DNA from: an uncultured virus (IMG/VR IMGVR_UViG_3300022916_001292)
Taxonomy: Duplodnaviria; Heunggongvirae; Uroviricota; Caudoviricetes
DNA: 20,000 nt
IMG/VR virus record: IMGVR_UViG_3300022916_001292
Direction: 5' to 3' (one strand)
Each line of letters opens with the position of its first letter. The stretch's first letter is position 1. The notes beneath the pieces were generated by a model, which saw only the letters and a program-made list of their open reading frames with translations, was not told the origin of the DNA and searched no databases. A program made the position numbers and the translations under genes. This document shows, piece by piece, positions 8,851-19,600 of this stretch.

Positions 8851-9615
8851 TTATTTTTCGCTTTTCAACAACCTATCACTTTTTCTAAGATTATCAATCG
8901 CCCAAAGCGGTTGAAGATTATCCAAAGACCAGCAATATTTGAATTCCACATCATCTGTAGAATTAAAAATAAAAAATGATTTTGGTATGATATGATCAAT
9001 ATGCCAACCATAAAGCCCATGATTATCCCAAGACATCCCTGGTTTAAATTGTTTTTCAATATGTTCTCTTAAATCATGAAGTGTATATCCGACCAAACTC
9101 TGCCATGGCCTTCCATTTTTAGCAATATTTTTAGATTTAAGAGATTGTTTTATAGACCCAGAAATACAATGATTCAAATGGAACATGGGCTTTTTAATAT
9201 TTGTCTTATAATACTTACTTTTTGTTTTTTTAACCTTGCCCTTATTATTTTCACTCCACAACGCTGTTTGTTTTAATATTCTGTCCTTATTATTTTGATA
9301 GTATTTTTTTCGATACTTATGAACCCTCTCTTTATTATTTTGAAGATATCTACGCCTAGTTTCGTTTACTTTAATCTTATTATCTTGACGATATTTAATT
9401 TTTGCTTCTCTTATGACATCTTTGTTTTTATCACGATATATCTTTTGTTTATGATTTATGACATCTTTGTTTTCTTTATAATACTTTTTTTGACATTCAT
9501 TAGCTTTATCTTTATTCTCTTTAAAACTACGCCTATGTTCACTATCACACTTTTTTGAACAATATTTTTTTTGCTTACCCGTTAATTCTTTTTCGCAATT
9601 TAGACACTTTTTCAT
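8851..9615 (-). CDS. free-standing HNH endonuclease with N-terminal Cys motif and 15-aa helical repeats
   Basis: PGMSWDNHG..WHIDHIIP...CWSLDNLQPLWAIDNLRKS; N-terminal CLNC-x11-CSKKC; GGAG SD before ATG at 9615. Confidence 0.88.
   Translation of the reverse strand: MKKCLNCEKELTGKQKKYCSKKCDSEHRRSFKENKDKANECQKKYYKENKDVINHKQKIYRDKNKDVIREAKIKYRQDNKIKVNETRRRYLQNNKERVHKYRKKYYQNNKDRILKQTALWSENNKGKVKKTKSKYYKTNIKKPMFHLNHCISGSIKQSLKSKNIAKNGRPWQSLVGYTLHDLREHIEKQFKPGMSWDNHGLYGWHIDHIIPKSFFIFNSTDDVEFKYCWSLDNLQPLWAIDNLRKSDRLLKSEK
9205..9525 (-). repeat. about 7 imperfect 45-bp (15-aa) tandem repeats in the HNH gene (boundaries approximate)
   Basis: YYKENKDVINHKQKI/YRDKNKDVIREAKIK/YRQDNKIKVNETRRR/YLQNNKERVHKYRKK/YYQNNKDRILKQTAL; identical 18-mer ttatgacatctttgtttt at 9411 and 9456. 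Confidence 0.8.
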
Positions 9616-9754
9616 TTTTATTCTCCAAATAACCATCCACTATTTTCCTAAACATCTCGGAGAAAGTTATTCCTCTACTTTTTGCTTCTTCAGATACTTC
9701 TAAATGTTGCTTTTGTGTTATAAATATATTCGTTCTCTTCATTTTATTTTCCAT
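9575..9754 (-). CDS. ribbon-helix-helix (CopG/Arc/MetJ-like) DNA-binding protein, 59 aa, not in the ORF track
   Basis: MENKMKRTNIFITQKQHLEVSEEAKSRGITFSEMFRKIVDGYL...: alternating beta strand RTNIFI, helix, G-x-T/S-x-S-E turn, helix; GGAG SD; overlaps the HNH start by 41 nt. Confidence 0.8.
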   Translation of the reverse strand: MENKMKRTNIFITQKQHLEVSEEAKSRGITFSEMFRKIVDGYLENKNEKVSKLRKRING

Positions 9755-9769
9755 ATTTTCTCCATTTCT

Positions 9770-9792
9770 ATATACATTACAGTAATGTATAT
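9770..9792. promoter_or_regulatory. perfect 11-1-11 inverted repeat, candidate operator
   Basis: ATATACATTAC-A-GTAATGTATAT directly upstream of the RHH SD. Confidence 0.65.
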
Positions 9793-9806
9793 TAATTCCT
9801 TCTTTT

Positions 9807-10487
9807 TTATTCTGGATTTTTAAAAACTGGGATTTCTTGTCCTTCCCACTTTTTTCTAAGAATATTCAAACTCCTATGAAAATACACTCTTCTCTCAGCA
9901 TTTAATAATTTATGAGGCAGGTGATAAATCTTTTTATCTTCATTCCAACAAATTTTATGACCAGCTGCATTAGCTCTCCAACAAAAGTCTGGGTCCTCTG
10001 CATACATTGGGTTAAAAGCAATATCAAACAGCCCTATGTCATCTATTACTTTTCTTTTCAAGAACATGCCACCACATCCTACATAATGATATGTCTCTCC
10101 TGGCTCTACTTTTCTAGTAGGATAGCAATCATATCGAACCTGCCAAGCTTCAAAACCAATAATATCATATCCCTTATCTATATAAGACATATAACTTTCT
10201 ACCCAACCTTCCGTAACAAATTGGTCATTATCTAAAAAACAAATATATTCAGCATCTTTAGATAAAGTGTAGGCGAAGTTTCTCCCCATAACGCATCCTA
10301 AATTTTTCGGGGAAAAATGCAAAGTGATATTTTCTTGCTCTATATCTTTTAAATATTCGACAGTACCATCTGTAGAATTATTATCTACAACTATTAGACT
10401 GAAATCAGAAGTGTATGCTTGAATACTCTCAATACATAAGCAAGTATTTTTTAAATTGTTATGAGTTAGTACTATAATATCTATCAT
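9807..10487 (-). CDS. glycosyltransferase family 2 (WbbL-like)
   Basis: IIVLTHN, VVDNNSTDGT, NLG...GRN, FLDND, IGLFD...YAEDPDFCWRA. Confidence 0.92.
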   Translation of the reverse strand: MIDIIVLTHNNLKNTCLCIESIQAYTSDFSLIVVDNNSTDGTVEYLKDIEQENITLHFSPKNLGCVMGRNFAYTLSKDAEYICFLDNDQFVTEGWVESYMSYIDKGYDIIGFEAWQVRYDCYPTRKVEPGETYHYVGCGGMFLKRKVIDDIGLFDIAFNPMYAEDPDFCWRANAAGHKICWNEDKKIYHLPHKLLNAERRVYFHRSLNILRKKWEGQEIPVFKNPE

Positions 10488-10513
10488 ACTAACTTATCGG
10501 ATTATTTGGTAGT

Positions 10514-13500
10514 TTAGTTAACAGCAGGTGATATTAAAGCTTTCTCACTATTAACAGAATCCCCTCGGTCCACACGATCATCAGGAGTTATTGTGCAATA
10601 CCACGTTTGACCTACTTGTAATATGCCTTTCTTCACAGTACTAATAGGTTGCAATTCTCCTTTTGGAGATGGTAGACTAGTAGTAATGGTGCCCTCATCA
10701 TATGTTGTCCCATCTAATAACTCATGGAAAGTCTCTGCAAAACCATTGTCAAAATCATTATAAGTGTATACTAACTCAAATACGCTACCTTCTCCTGTCT
10801 GCCTGTACCACTGAACCATAGACCTATCTTCTTGGAACGTGTCATCAATATCTGATAAAAATCTGACCTCAAAATCATCAAACAACCAAGTTAAAACAAT
10901 GTCGCTTACTGGAGAGAATACAGCAACTACTGCGTCTCCTGCTCCATAATTTAAATTAGCAATTTTAGGTATAGAATTATTAACTAATTTATCTGTACTC
11001 TGAACAAGATCTCCAGTAGCAGATGGAGTCTGAGGAATAACCTGAACAACAATTTTATTACCGATTCTTAGTCCATAATCAATTGATGCCCCAAAGCCAT
11101 ACTCGTTAACACGTATATCCGTTATAGGTATACCATCAGGAGAAACAAATCCATAATTTGCTCTTTTGAATATCGCATCATTAACATACCATATAATCTC
11201 TGAAACATTCTCAGCATCACCGTCACTAAAGAAAGTTTCTTCGAGAGGTGGATATATAATAGCGTCATTCTCTGATGATAACCTGTCAATAATATTGCCA
11301 TCAATATCCCTTGCTTTAACAGATAAACTAGTTATTAAAGGAGGAGACTCGACAATACTTACAGGTCTTGATGCTCCCTTATCACTTAATAATTCTCCGT
11401 CACTAACTCTTATCTCTGCATAAACAGAGTCTCCTGCTTTGATAAGAGATACTGTCTGTTGCTTACCCCAATCCTCAATCGACAAACCTCCCAAATCACT
11501 AGCAGTAGGATATTTTAAAGAGGTCTCAGAATATAACGGATCTAAACGATTATTAATATCATTCCATGTCATTAAGTTATTTAATGCAGAATTTGGATTG
11601 CCATTTATAAACCATGTTATCTCTCTCTTTGTCGTATCTTCCTGATCAAAATTTTCATCAAAATAAACATATGACAATTTTATAATGCTAAATCTATTTG
11701 GAAATTCTTCATCGATAGCAACTTGTTGAACTTCTGGAGAAGCTTTAGAAACAGGAGGTAATAAATTTTTACCTGTAGTATATTCATGACCTACTCCATA
11801 AATATCTAAAGTATTTGCTTCTGTTTTATTCGTCAATTTTAAACCTACTTTATACTGACTAATATTTAATATGCCTATCTTATAATCTCCGTCTTGATAA
11901 TCAGAAGGTAATGCTGTGTTAAACACCACTCTTCCTTCTCTTGGGTGAACCTCGTAATAATCTGTTATAATCGGTGAGTTATTTTTATCATATACAATAA
12001 CTCTAGCATTCTGATCCCATCTTCCATATTTTGTCTTTGTCGCAAAATTATCTATTTTCTTTAATGGCTCATGAGGAAAATCATTTACATCTTGAGAAAA
12101 TCTTATAGGAATAACAACCTTTCCATTTTGATCAACAGTAGGTTGAGACTCAGTATAAAAATCATTCCAGTTAACAGCATCTGACTTAGCTACTCCGACC
12201 TTAATCTGATCACTATTAATTTCATTAGCATCCACTGCTAATGTTATTTGATATGGAGCGATACTAACATCTTCTTTATTCAAATATAAATAAGCAACCT
12301 TGTTAGCATTAAAAACAACCTCTATAGAATCTAACGAAGGAGTATCTGGAGTTGTGCCATACTCGTCAATAAGTGCTGAGCTAATTCCTGTCACCATTAC
12401 AATTTTAAATCTAATATATCTTACTAGAAGATTCTCGAATATGACACTATCAGTAGGATTATAGATAACATCTACAGCAGTATAATTATAACCATCGGTG
12501 CTCGTCTCTATAGCCCATGTAGCGTTAGAGTCAGAAGAAGGAATATCAAATGTCGCTGCTATTCTGTTAATTAAAACTTCTTCTCCAAAATCTTTAACAA
12601 ATTCATAAGTTCCATAACCCATAGACCCTACAGAACTCCTGTAAAAAATTCCTACAATATCATCTAAGAAACTTTCATCAACAACTGTCACACTTTGACC
12701 ACCAGTGTTAAAGGATAACTGATTTATATTATGGGTATCTGATCTATTAGCTTTTACTGATAAGGTAGAATCATCAGAAATAGCCATATTGCCGAACATC
12801 AGAGGAACCTCCTTATCCCCATCAATATCATTTGTTTCATCAACAGCATTTTGTATAGAAGCTAAAGAAGTGCTTGCCTCATTATCAGTAAATACATAAA
12901 TAGTTTTTTGATCATTGTCTACAGCACTATCTGATAATATTCTATCACCTGCTATAATAGCATCATACATAGTAGATGTGCCAAGAGGTGTAGAATTCTT
13001 TAAATTCTTTATCTGTTGCAGAGCCTCTTCTTGAGTTCCCGCATTATCAGTTAATAATGATTTAACAGCAGGAATCCACTCTAAATCTGTTTCACAATCA
13101 ACTATTAAATTACTTGGAACTCTTTCAGTATTTTTATTTGTTAAAAAATCTATTGCAGAAAATTCTTCTTTCTGAGGATTAGTTCCCCTATCAACTGTTT
13201 GAACATAAAAATCCGCATCATCTGGAGATGTCACAGTAATTTGTAAAGATATTTTATAAGGCTTTCTAATAACACCTTTTTCTATTTTTATTTCTATTGG
13301 TATCTTATTATCTTTCAAAACTTCGTCAGGACTAATTCCTCCATTTTTCACATCTTCATCAGTTACATCTTCGGACCTATTTTGGACATCTGCGGTTGAT
13401 TCAAATAAATCTTCCGATCTTGGTAAAAGAACGATAATACATTTTCCATTACTTATACGAACAGTGCCACTTGAAAAAAGAACTGGATAAACAGCAACTT

Positions 13501-13684
13501 TATCTGAGAGTGTAGTATCGGTACCAGGCTGCTGTATATCATCAAACTTTAAAAAACCCTTAGCAATTATATCTAAAGTAGCAGGCGCAAGAACACCAGA
13601 ACTTCTGAACTCTATAGGAATAGAGATCGACTTCTTACCATCAAGGTTATCTATAATTGTTTTATATTCTTTAACTGTCGCCAT
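10514..13684 (-). CDS. large putative virion/surface protein, 1056 aa: C-terminal half of a vWA domain and three C-terminal Ig-like repeats
   Basis: GTSTMYDAI...KTIYVFTD...NTGGQSVTV (vWA C-half); VRYIRFKI beta-sandwich motif; repeats with Y/F.D...E.....W and ending V.DG/ITPDD...G. Confidence 0.75.
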   Translation of the reverse strand: MATVKEYKTIIDNLDGKKSISIPIEFRSSGVLAPATLDIIAKGFLKFDDIQQPGTDTTLSDKVAVYPVLFSSGTVRISNGKCIIVLLPRSEDLFESTADVQNRSEDVTDEDVKNGGISPDEVLKDNKIPIEIKIEKGVIRKPYKISLQITVTSPDDADFYVQTVDRGTNPQKEEFSAIDFLTNKNTERVPSNLIVDCETDLEWIPAVKSLLTDNAGTQEEALQQIKNLKNSTPLGTSTMYDAIIAGDRILSDSAVDNDQKTIYVFTDNEASTSLASIQNAVDETNDIDGDKEVPLMFGNMAISDDSTLSVKANRSDTHNINQLSFNTGGQSVTVVDESFLDDIVGIFYRSSVGSMGYGTYEFVKDFGEEVLINRIAATFDIPSSDSNATWAIETSTDGYNYTAVDVIYNPTDSVIFENLLVRYIRFKIVMVTGISSALIDEYGTTPDTPSLDSIEVVFNANKVAYLYLNKEDVSIAPYQITLAVDANEINSDQIKVGVAKSDAVNWNDFYTESQPTVDQNGKVVIPIRFSQDVNDFPHEPLKKIDNFATKTKYGRWDQNARVIVYDKNNSPIITDYYEVHPREGRVVFNTALPSDYQDGDYKIGILNISQYKVGLKLTNKTEANTLDIYGVGHEYTTGKNLLPPVSKASPEVQQVAIDEEFPNRFSIIKLSYVYFDENFDQEDTTKREITWFINGNPNSALNNLMTWNDINNRLDPLYSETSLKYPTASDLGGLSIEDWGKQQTVSLIKAGDSVYAEIRVSDGELLSDKGASRPVSIVESPPLITSLSVKARDIDGNIIDRLSSENDAIIYPPLEETFFSDGDAENVSEIIWYVNDAIFKRANYGFVSPDGIPITDIRVNEYGFGASIDYGLRIGNKIVVQVIPQTPSATGDLVQSTDKLVNNSIPKIANLNYGAGDAVVAVFSPVSDIVLTWLFDDFEVRFLSDIDDTFQEDRSMVQWYRQTGEGSVFELVYTYNDFDNGFAETFHELLDGTTYDEGTITTSLPSPKGELQPISTVKKGILQVGQTWYCTITPDDRVDRGDSVNSEKALISPAVN

Positions 13685-13687
13685 TTT

Positions 13688-16600
13688 CTAAATCTTAAAA
13701 TTAAAGTTGAAATCATTATCTTGATTATTCGTATAACCACCCATTAAGTAAATATATGGTGATCCTAATACATCTGAAAATTCTGCACTCGCTCCATGCT
13801 TACCCTTAGGCATTTGAGTTATATCAATAGATGGATCTGTTATCGTATAGCTAGACTTATAAATAAACCCTCCGTCTTTCACATCTATGCTTTCCAATAT
13901 ATTCAAATTTTTAGAGATAGCATTTGCTCCTCCAAATATATAGTATTTAGCATGATCGGTAGAAGGATTTAAATCATATTCCGCCATGGCAGATTGGAAT
14001 TTAGGCTCTAGAGGATATACCATATGCCCACTATTATTAATCCACACTCCAGAAGAAGGAGTCTCAAATAACTCTCCTATGTCTATGTAAAAATCTTCTA
14101 AATTATAACTATATTCTTCTGAATTAAGTATATCTAAATAAGCCCCACCAAAAACTATTACCTTATTATCATATACAATAGATAATGGAGAAATCCTTGT
14201 ATAAGTATCTAATTCATTATCGTTCAAAAATCCAGAAATTTCCCACTCATCATCTTCTACACAGTATCTAAACACCATCTCGTTATAAGATACTGATTGA
14301 TCCGAAAGACTCCTAATTCCACTCATCACATAAATATAATTTCTGTTATTCATATATACATGTGAAGCTGTTCCAAAAGCCACACCTAATTCTTCTTGCG
14401 TAGCATCTCCTTCATTAAGAATTGGCATATTCTCCAGCTCTTCCCATAGGTCTACATCAGCTCGATAAACTTCTACTAAAGTAGTAACGGTCAAATTTCC
14501 AGCCTGTTGATTATTCGGAGCTATTCCACCTATTATATAAATGTCATCACCGATAGTAACTGACATACCAGCAAATCTAGGAGTAGGCATCTTAGTTGCA
14601 TCACTCCATACATTATTTATAACATCATACTTCTCATTCCTATCAGATACACCCTTATTATTATCAAGCAATCCTCCCATGTAGTAAATATAATCACCAG
14701 TACTACCTGAGAAGCCGTTACCTCTTGCCGATGCCATGTTAGCAACTTTACTCCATGTATCTGTTGTAATATTATATCTATCCATAGTTGGAGAGTATGG
14801 AGTAATGATAGGTGGCTCTGGAGGATCAGTGTCACTTGGATCGTCTCCAGGAAGCACAGGAGGATCAATATCTTTATCTTTTTTATCCAAAGTAATAAAG
14901 AAAGTTTCACCAACATGTCTTTCTGTTTTTTCACTTTCGTCATAAATAGAAAATATTTCGATAAGCTCAGATCTAGTCTCATCAATATATCTACGAGCAT
15001 TAAGTCTAACATCTACATAACTATAATCTTCACCTGAATCAGTTACGTAGTAAACATTTTGACTAGATATAAATAAAGAAGAAGAAGTATTATCCCCAGT
15101 AGTAACATATACGGGAGTTCCGTTAGGAGCATTTTGCCCTCTCCAAAAAAGCCTTATCCTTATATCAACATCAGATGTATGCTTAACAAGTGTAACTCCT
15201 TTAGTATCTTTAAAATTATTGTTATCAGAAATTGTTTCAACTGGATAAAGAAAATCATTTGATGGATTACCAAGTTCTTCACTAAAGAAATAGTTAGTAA
15301 CTTTCATCTCTTTAACGACCATACGCAAAGGTTCATTTAAACCTATAGGGCAAGGTGGTATTCCTGTTTCCATACTACCTCCACCTTGTAATACTAACGG
15401 ATTATTATTCAAAAATACAGTTGTCTTACCAGAAACATACATCATAGGAGACCACTCTGGAAGATCACAGTCTTTTATACCTTCATTTGGATTAAGACAA
15501 ATACATTCATTAACAAGCTTTTCTTCTGGGAACAAACAACCTGGCTTAAGACTAAAAGAATCCGCATATGGAACAAATTTATTCATCCTTACATAAAAAT
15601 ATGTAACATCAGAAACATCTTCAGCATTGAGTTCTATAAAGGCTGATCCATTATCTATAAATCCTTCTTCTCCTACTTCTAAATAATGCAATCCAGTATA
15701 AACATCTTCCATCTCATATATTTCGCCATGAAGAATTTCTATCTCTTCATCTTTAAGGACTTCCTCTGGAAATAAAGAATTGCCCAAATTAAAACCTACT
15801 TCTACTATCTGCCCAGAACTAAGTTCTAATAATTCATTATCTTCACCAGAGGCACATTCTCTAAAACAACCAGCATAAACAAATTCATCTACTCCTTCTC
15901 CCTTAATAGCAGTTCTAGGATTTCGACTTATTTTTATTTTCTTGTAATTAATACCATCTGCCCATAATAGATTACTGTCCGCTTGTTTCCAAGCTCCGCT
16001 CGCATAAGATTGATTAGGTAGCTCTCCCTTCCAACCTCCATCTACTTCCATTAAAAATCTTGCAGAAGTGCTATCATATTCATCTGGATTATAAAGGCCT
16101 ATCTTAAAAAATAATCGAGCAGAAGCAGATAAACCTTGATAGCTTATTAATGAACTTATTTCATGTTGTTCATTTATTGCCTTATCTCCTTTAGATAATG
16201 GCCCCATAAATGCATTTCTTGCTGTACCTGAGCGAGTATAAGAATAAACCCCATTTGTTATTGGAACACTATCTGTTGAATAAATAGGACCAATACCACT
16301 CTCCTCTGGAAATTCTAATATCAACGAATTATTAGAAGAATAAGCAATAGTTTGAACAAACTGACTTTTCCATTCAACAACAGTTAAATCTTCGGGATAA
16401 GTAACTAACGAATCATCATTAGGGTAATCTGGGTTTATAATAGAAGCATTTGCCCTAAATTCAACAATATCTTTTCCATCAATAGTTAATTTGTTCTTAG
16501 CGGCATCTGAATTTATATCAATTTGCAATATATTTTGAAATAATACATACATTTCTTGAACAGAAGAATATCCAGATCTCTCACCCTTAACATACAACCT

Positions 16601-19600
16601 AACAGCTTGAGGAAGATCTGGAGCGTATAATGGAATGTCAACAAATGAAATATCTCTAGTCCCACCACTTCCATCATCCTCTTCACCTTGGATAATAGGT
16701 AAAATAGAATCTGGAGGAGAAACAATAGCACTAGGGGCATCTCCTATTGACAGCCCTTCATATGGAGCGGATTTTGCCACATCTGGTGGTGGGCAAGCGT
16801 TCCTACAAAGATTAGAAGAATCGGCATCCCAAACAGCAATTTGAATATTTCCAGATTCTACAGGTAATCCTTTATACTTAACCTTGGCTCTAGCAACAAA
16901 AGGATTTGTTGCCCTCATATAAATACCATTAAAAAATTCTTTCACTGGGATAAGAGTTAACTCGCCTGTTGTTGGGTGGGCCTTCTCACAATAACATCTT
17001 TCAGGAACTGTTTGATTATCCCTACTTACCAGCTCTACTTCCCAAGGATTGGTAAATGATACTTCAATTGGTTCAGATAAATATTCATAAAAATTGTCAC
17101 TAGTTGTCTCGGTTGAATCTTCCCCCTTCACCAACCTCTCTATTAAACTAGCATATTCTGATATAGGATTATTATTTTCTCTATTAGGAGGTTTATAACC
17201 TCCTTCTTTAGGAAGTAACGCCTTTAATTGTATTGTAAAATCAGCTCTATTAATTTGAGAAATTATACTAGAATCAGATGTCATCCTTAATATGCCCTTA
17301 AAGAATCCATCACTAGTCCTCGTGACAAAAAACTCATAAGCATTAACATCTTCAAATTCTGTGGTTCCTATAATATCAAATACATCATCTGCTTGAGTTT
17401 CTTTAGTAATAGATGAAACAATTTTCATTTTAATAGATGTATCTTCTGATACTGGATCTCCAAATTCATCTGTGATAGCTCCATAAATATACACAGTTTG
17501 ATCAAAAAATGCATCTATGTTTTCTATGCTTTTCTGAGGTTGGTCCCAACCAATAGTGATAGTATTCTCATCAATTAGTTCATAATTGATATTTTCAACT
17601 TCTATCAAAGGAAAAGTATTTTCACTTGCATCAAAACTAGGAATAACAGTAGCATACAAAAACTCTTCTCCAACTACTGGGTCTCCATTATTATAATAAT
17701 TACAAGGTCTTCCATACTTATCAACATTAACTATAGTATAATAAGCATTTTTATCATTAGGAGGGCTTCTATGAACAAATTTCTCATCTGTTGGTAATCC
17801 TGTAAAAACTAAACCACTAATCGTACCTCCATCACTACTTATCTCAGGAGGGCCAGTATTAGAGTAATATATTTTGACTCTTGCTATTCTACTATCTATA
17901 ATGTCATTTTGCTTCCATCTCAAATATGTTTTCTTATTTCCCGCGGTAATTAATTGTCCAATAGTAGGAACTACTGGAGAGTCTATGGGAGTGTCTAACG
18001 CCAAACGATAGTCAGCACCTACGATGTCCGAAGCAACTATTGGTGGAATAACTACAGTTAACGATGGAGAGTCTGTTAAGAAGCTAACATTACCTAAAGA
18101 ATTTTTAGTGAATAATCTATAGTAATAAGTTTCTCCTAAAACATAGTCATCAGGATCAGATATAAAGAATTGCCCTGAGCCAGGATCTGATTGCTGGTAA
18201 ATAACAGTTCCATCTTCTTCCCATGAAGGAATATTCTTTTCATTCCTTACGCAAAGGACTTCTCCACCGACATAGTTGTAATCTCTTGGAACATCATATT
18301 TGAAGACATTTAATCTATCTCCATTGTCGTCCTTTATTCCATTGATATTAGTATCTACCTGATTGCCATTAGAGTCAAGGGTAGGAGTGTAAACTAATTG
18401 AGACTGAATGTAATCAGAATCTCTGTCAATATTATGAAAACTAAATTCTGTTAATCTGCCTCTATATGGCAAATTAGTCTGATTTAAATTACCTATAGAA
18501 ACAACATGAGTTTCTGAAAAAGATTGAGTCGCTTCAACAGAATGTTTATTTTGACTAATTCCATTTACATAAAAAGTTAATTGAGAACCAGAGGGATTCT
18601 CATCATTATAAACAACTGCTACATGCTGCCACTTTAAAGATTCTAAAACTAACTCATCTGCCTCTATTTCTTCACTCGTAAATTCAACAGATAAATTACC
18701 AGAGCTGCTTATATTTATAGAGTAATTAAATTCTCCCGAACTACTTCTTCCAAAAAGAACCTGTTTACCGCTTATATCATAAGGATATATCCATCCCATA
18801 AATGTAAATTTATTATTTGTATTAAAATTAATAGCATAAACACTATCAACATCTATATATTCTACCTGATCACCATTAAGATATATTCCTGAAGTTCCAG
18901 CAGGAGTATATTTATTTGCAATCCACTTAGGGATTTCTCTATTATATTCTAAGATAGCTCCTGTATCACTAAAATCATATAAGAGATTTCCTTCCCCCTC
19001 ATCCATATGCCACAAACCAATAGTATTAGCATCTCTATTAACACCAGAGCCACTCATAGAAATACCCTTAGTTAAATCTTCTGACTCAACTACTGTTTTA
19101 AAATTAGAGTGAGATCTAGGAACTATCCTCTCCTGAGGAGTTACTTTAATCTGAGTGCCTATACTAAATTTAAAATTTTTGTCATAAGTGTAAATAGTAT
19201 AATAATATGTCTGACCTTCAACTAAACCAGTATCCTTTATTCTACTAATAAACCCATCATCAATAATCTCTCCATCCAAAGGAGATGTAGGATAATGATC
19301 ATCATTCCTAATGATTCTCATTCCATCATAATTAGCCTTATCATCTGCCTTAATCATAACGCTAAGACTATCAACATCATTAGGATCAAATGCATCGTTC
19401 TCAGTGATACCAAAAAACAAAACATCAATTATGTCAGCACCATACTTTACGAGGTTGTATGTAATATCTCCTGGATAGTTGATTTCTATTTTTTCAATCA
19501 AATCTGTGACTATATCGTGACGAAAATTATTACTATCATTCCACAACATACTTCCACTTTGGTCCATAATGATAGTTACTATTCTATCACCCAATTCTAA

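Noticed and set aside
9205..9525. 45-bp periodic repeats as a CRISPR array
   Set aside because: Degenerate in-frame coding repeats with no repeat-spacer structure
9770..9792. Palindrome as a rho-independent terminator
   Set aside because: AT-rich arms, 1-nt centre and no U-tract; fits a protein-binding site better
10488..10513. CCGATA in the SD-less intergenic region before GT2, echoing CGATA at about 5323-5327
   Set aside because: Only two short occurrences; cannot be told from chance within this window
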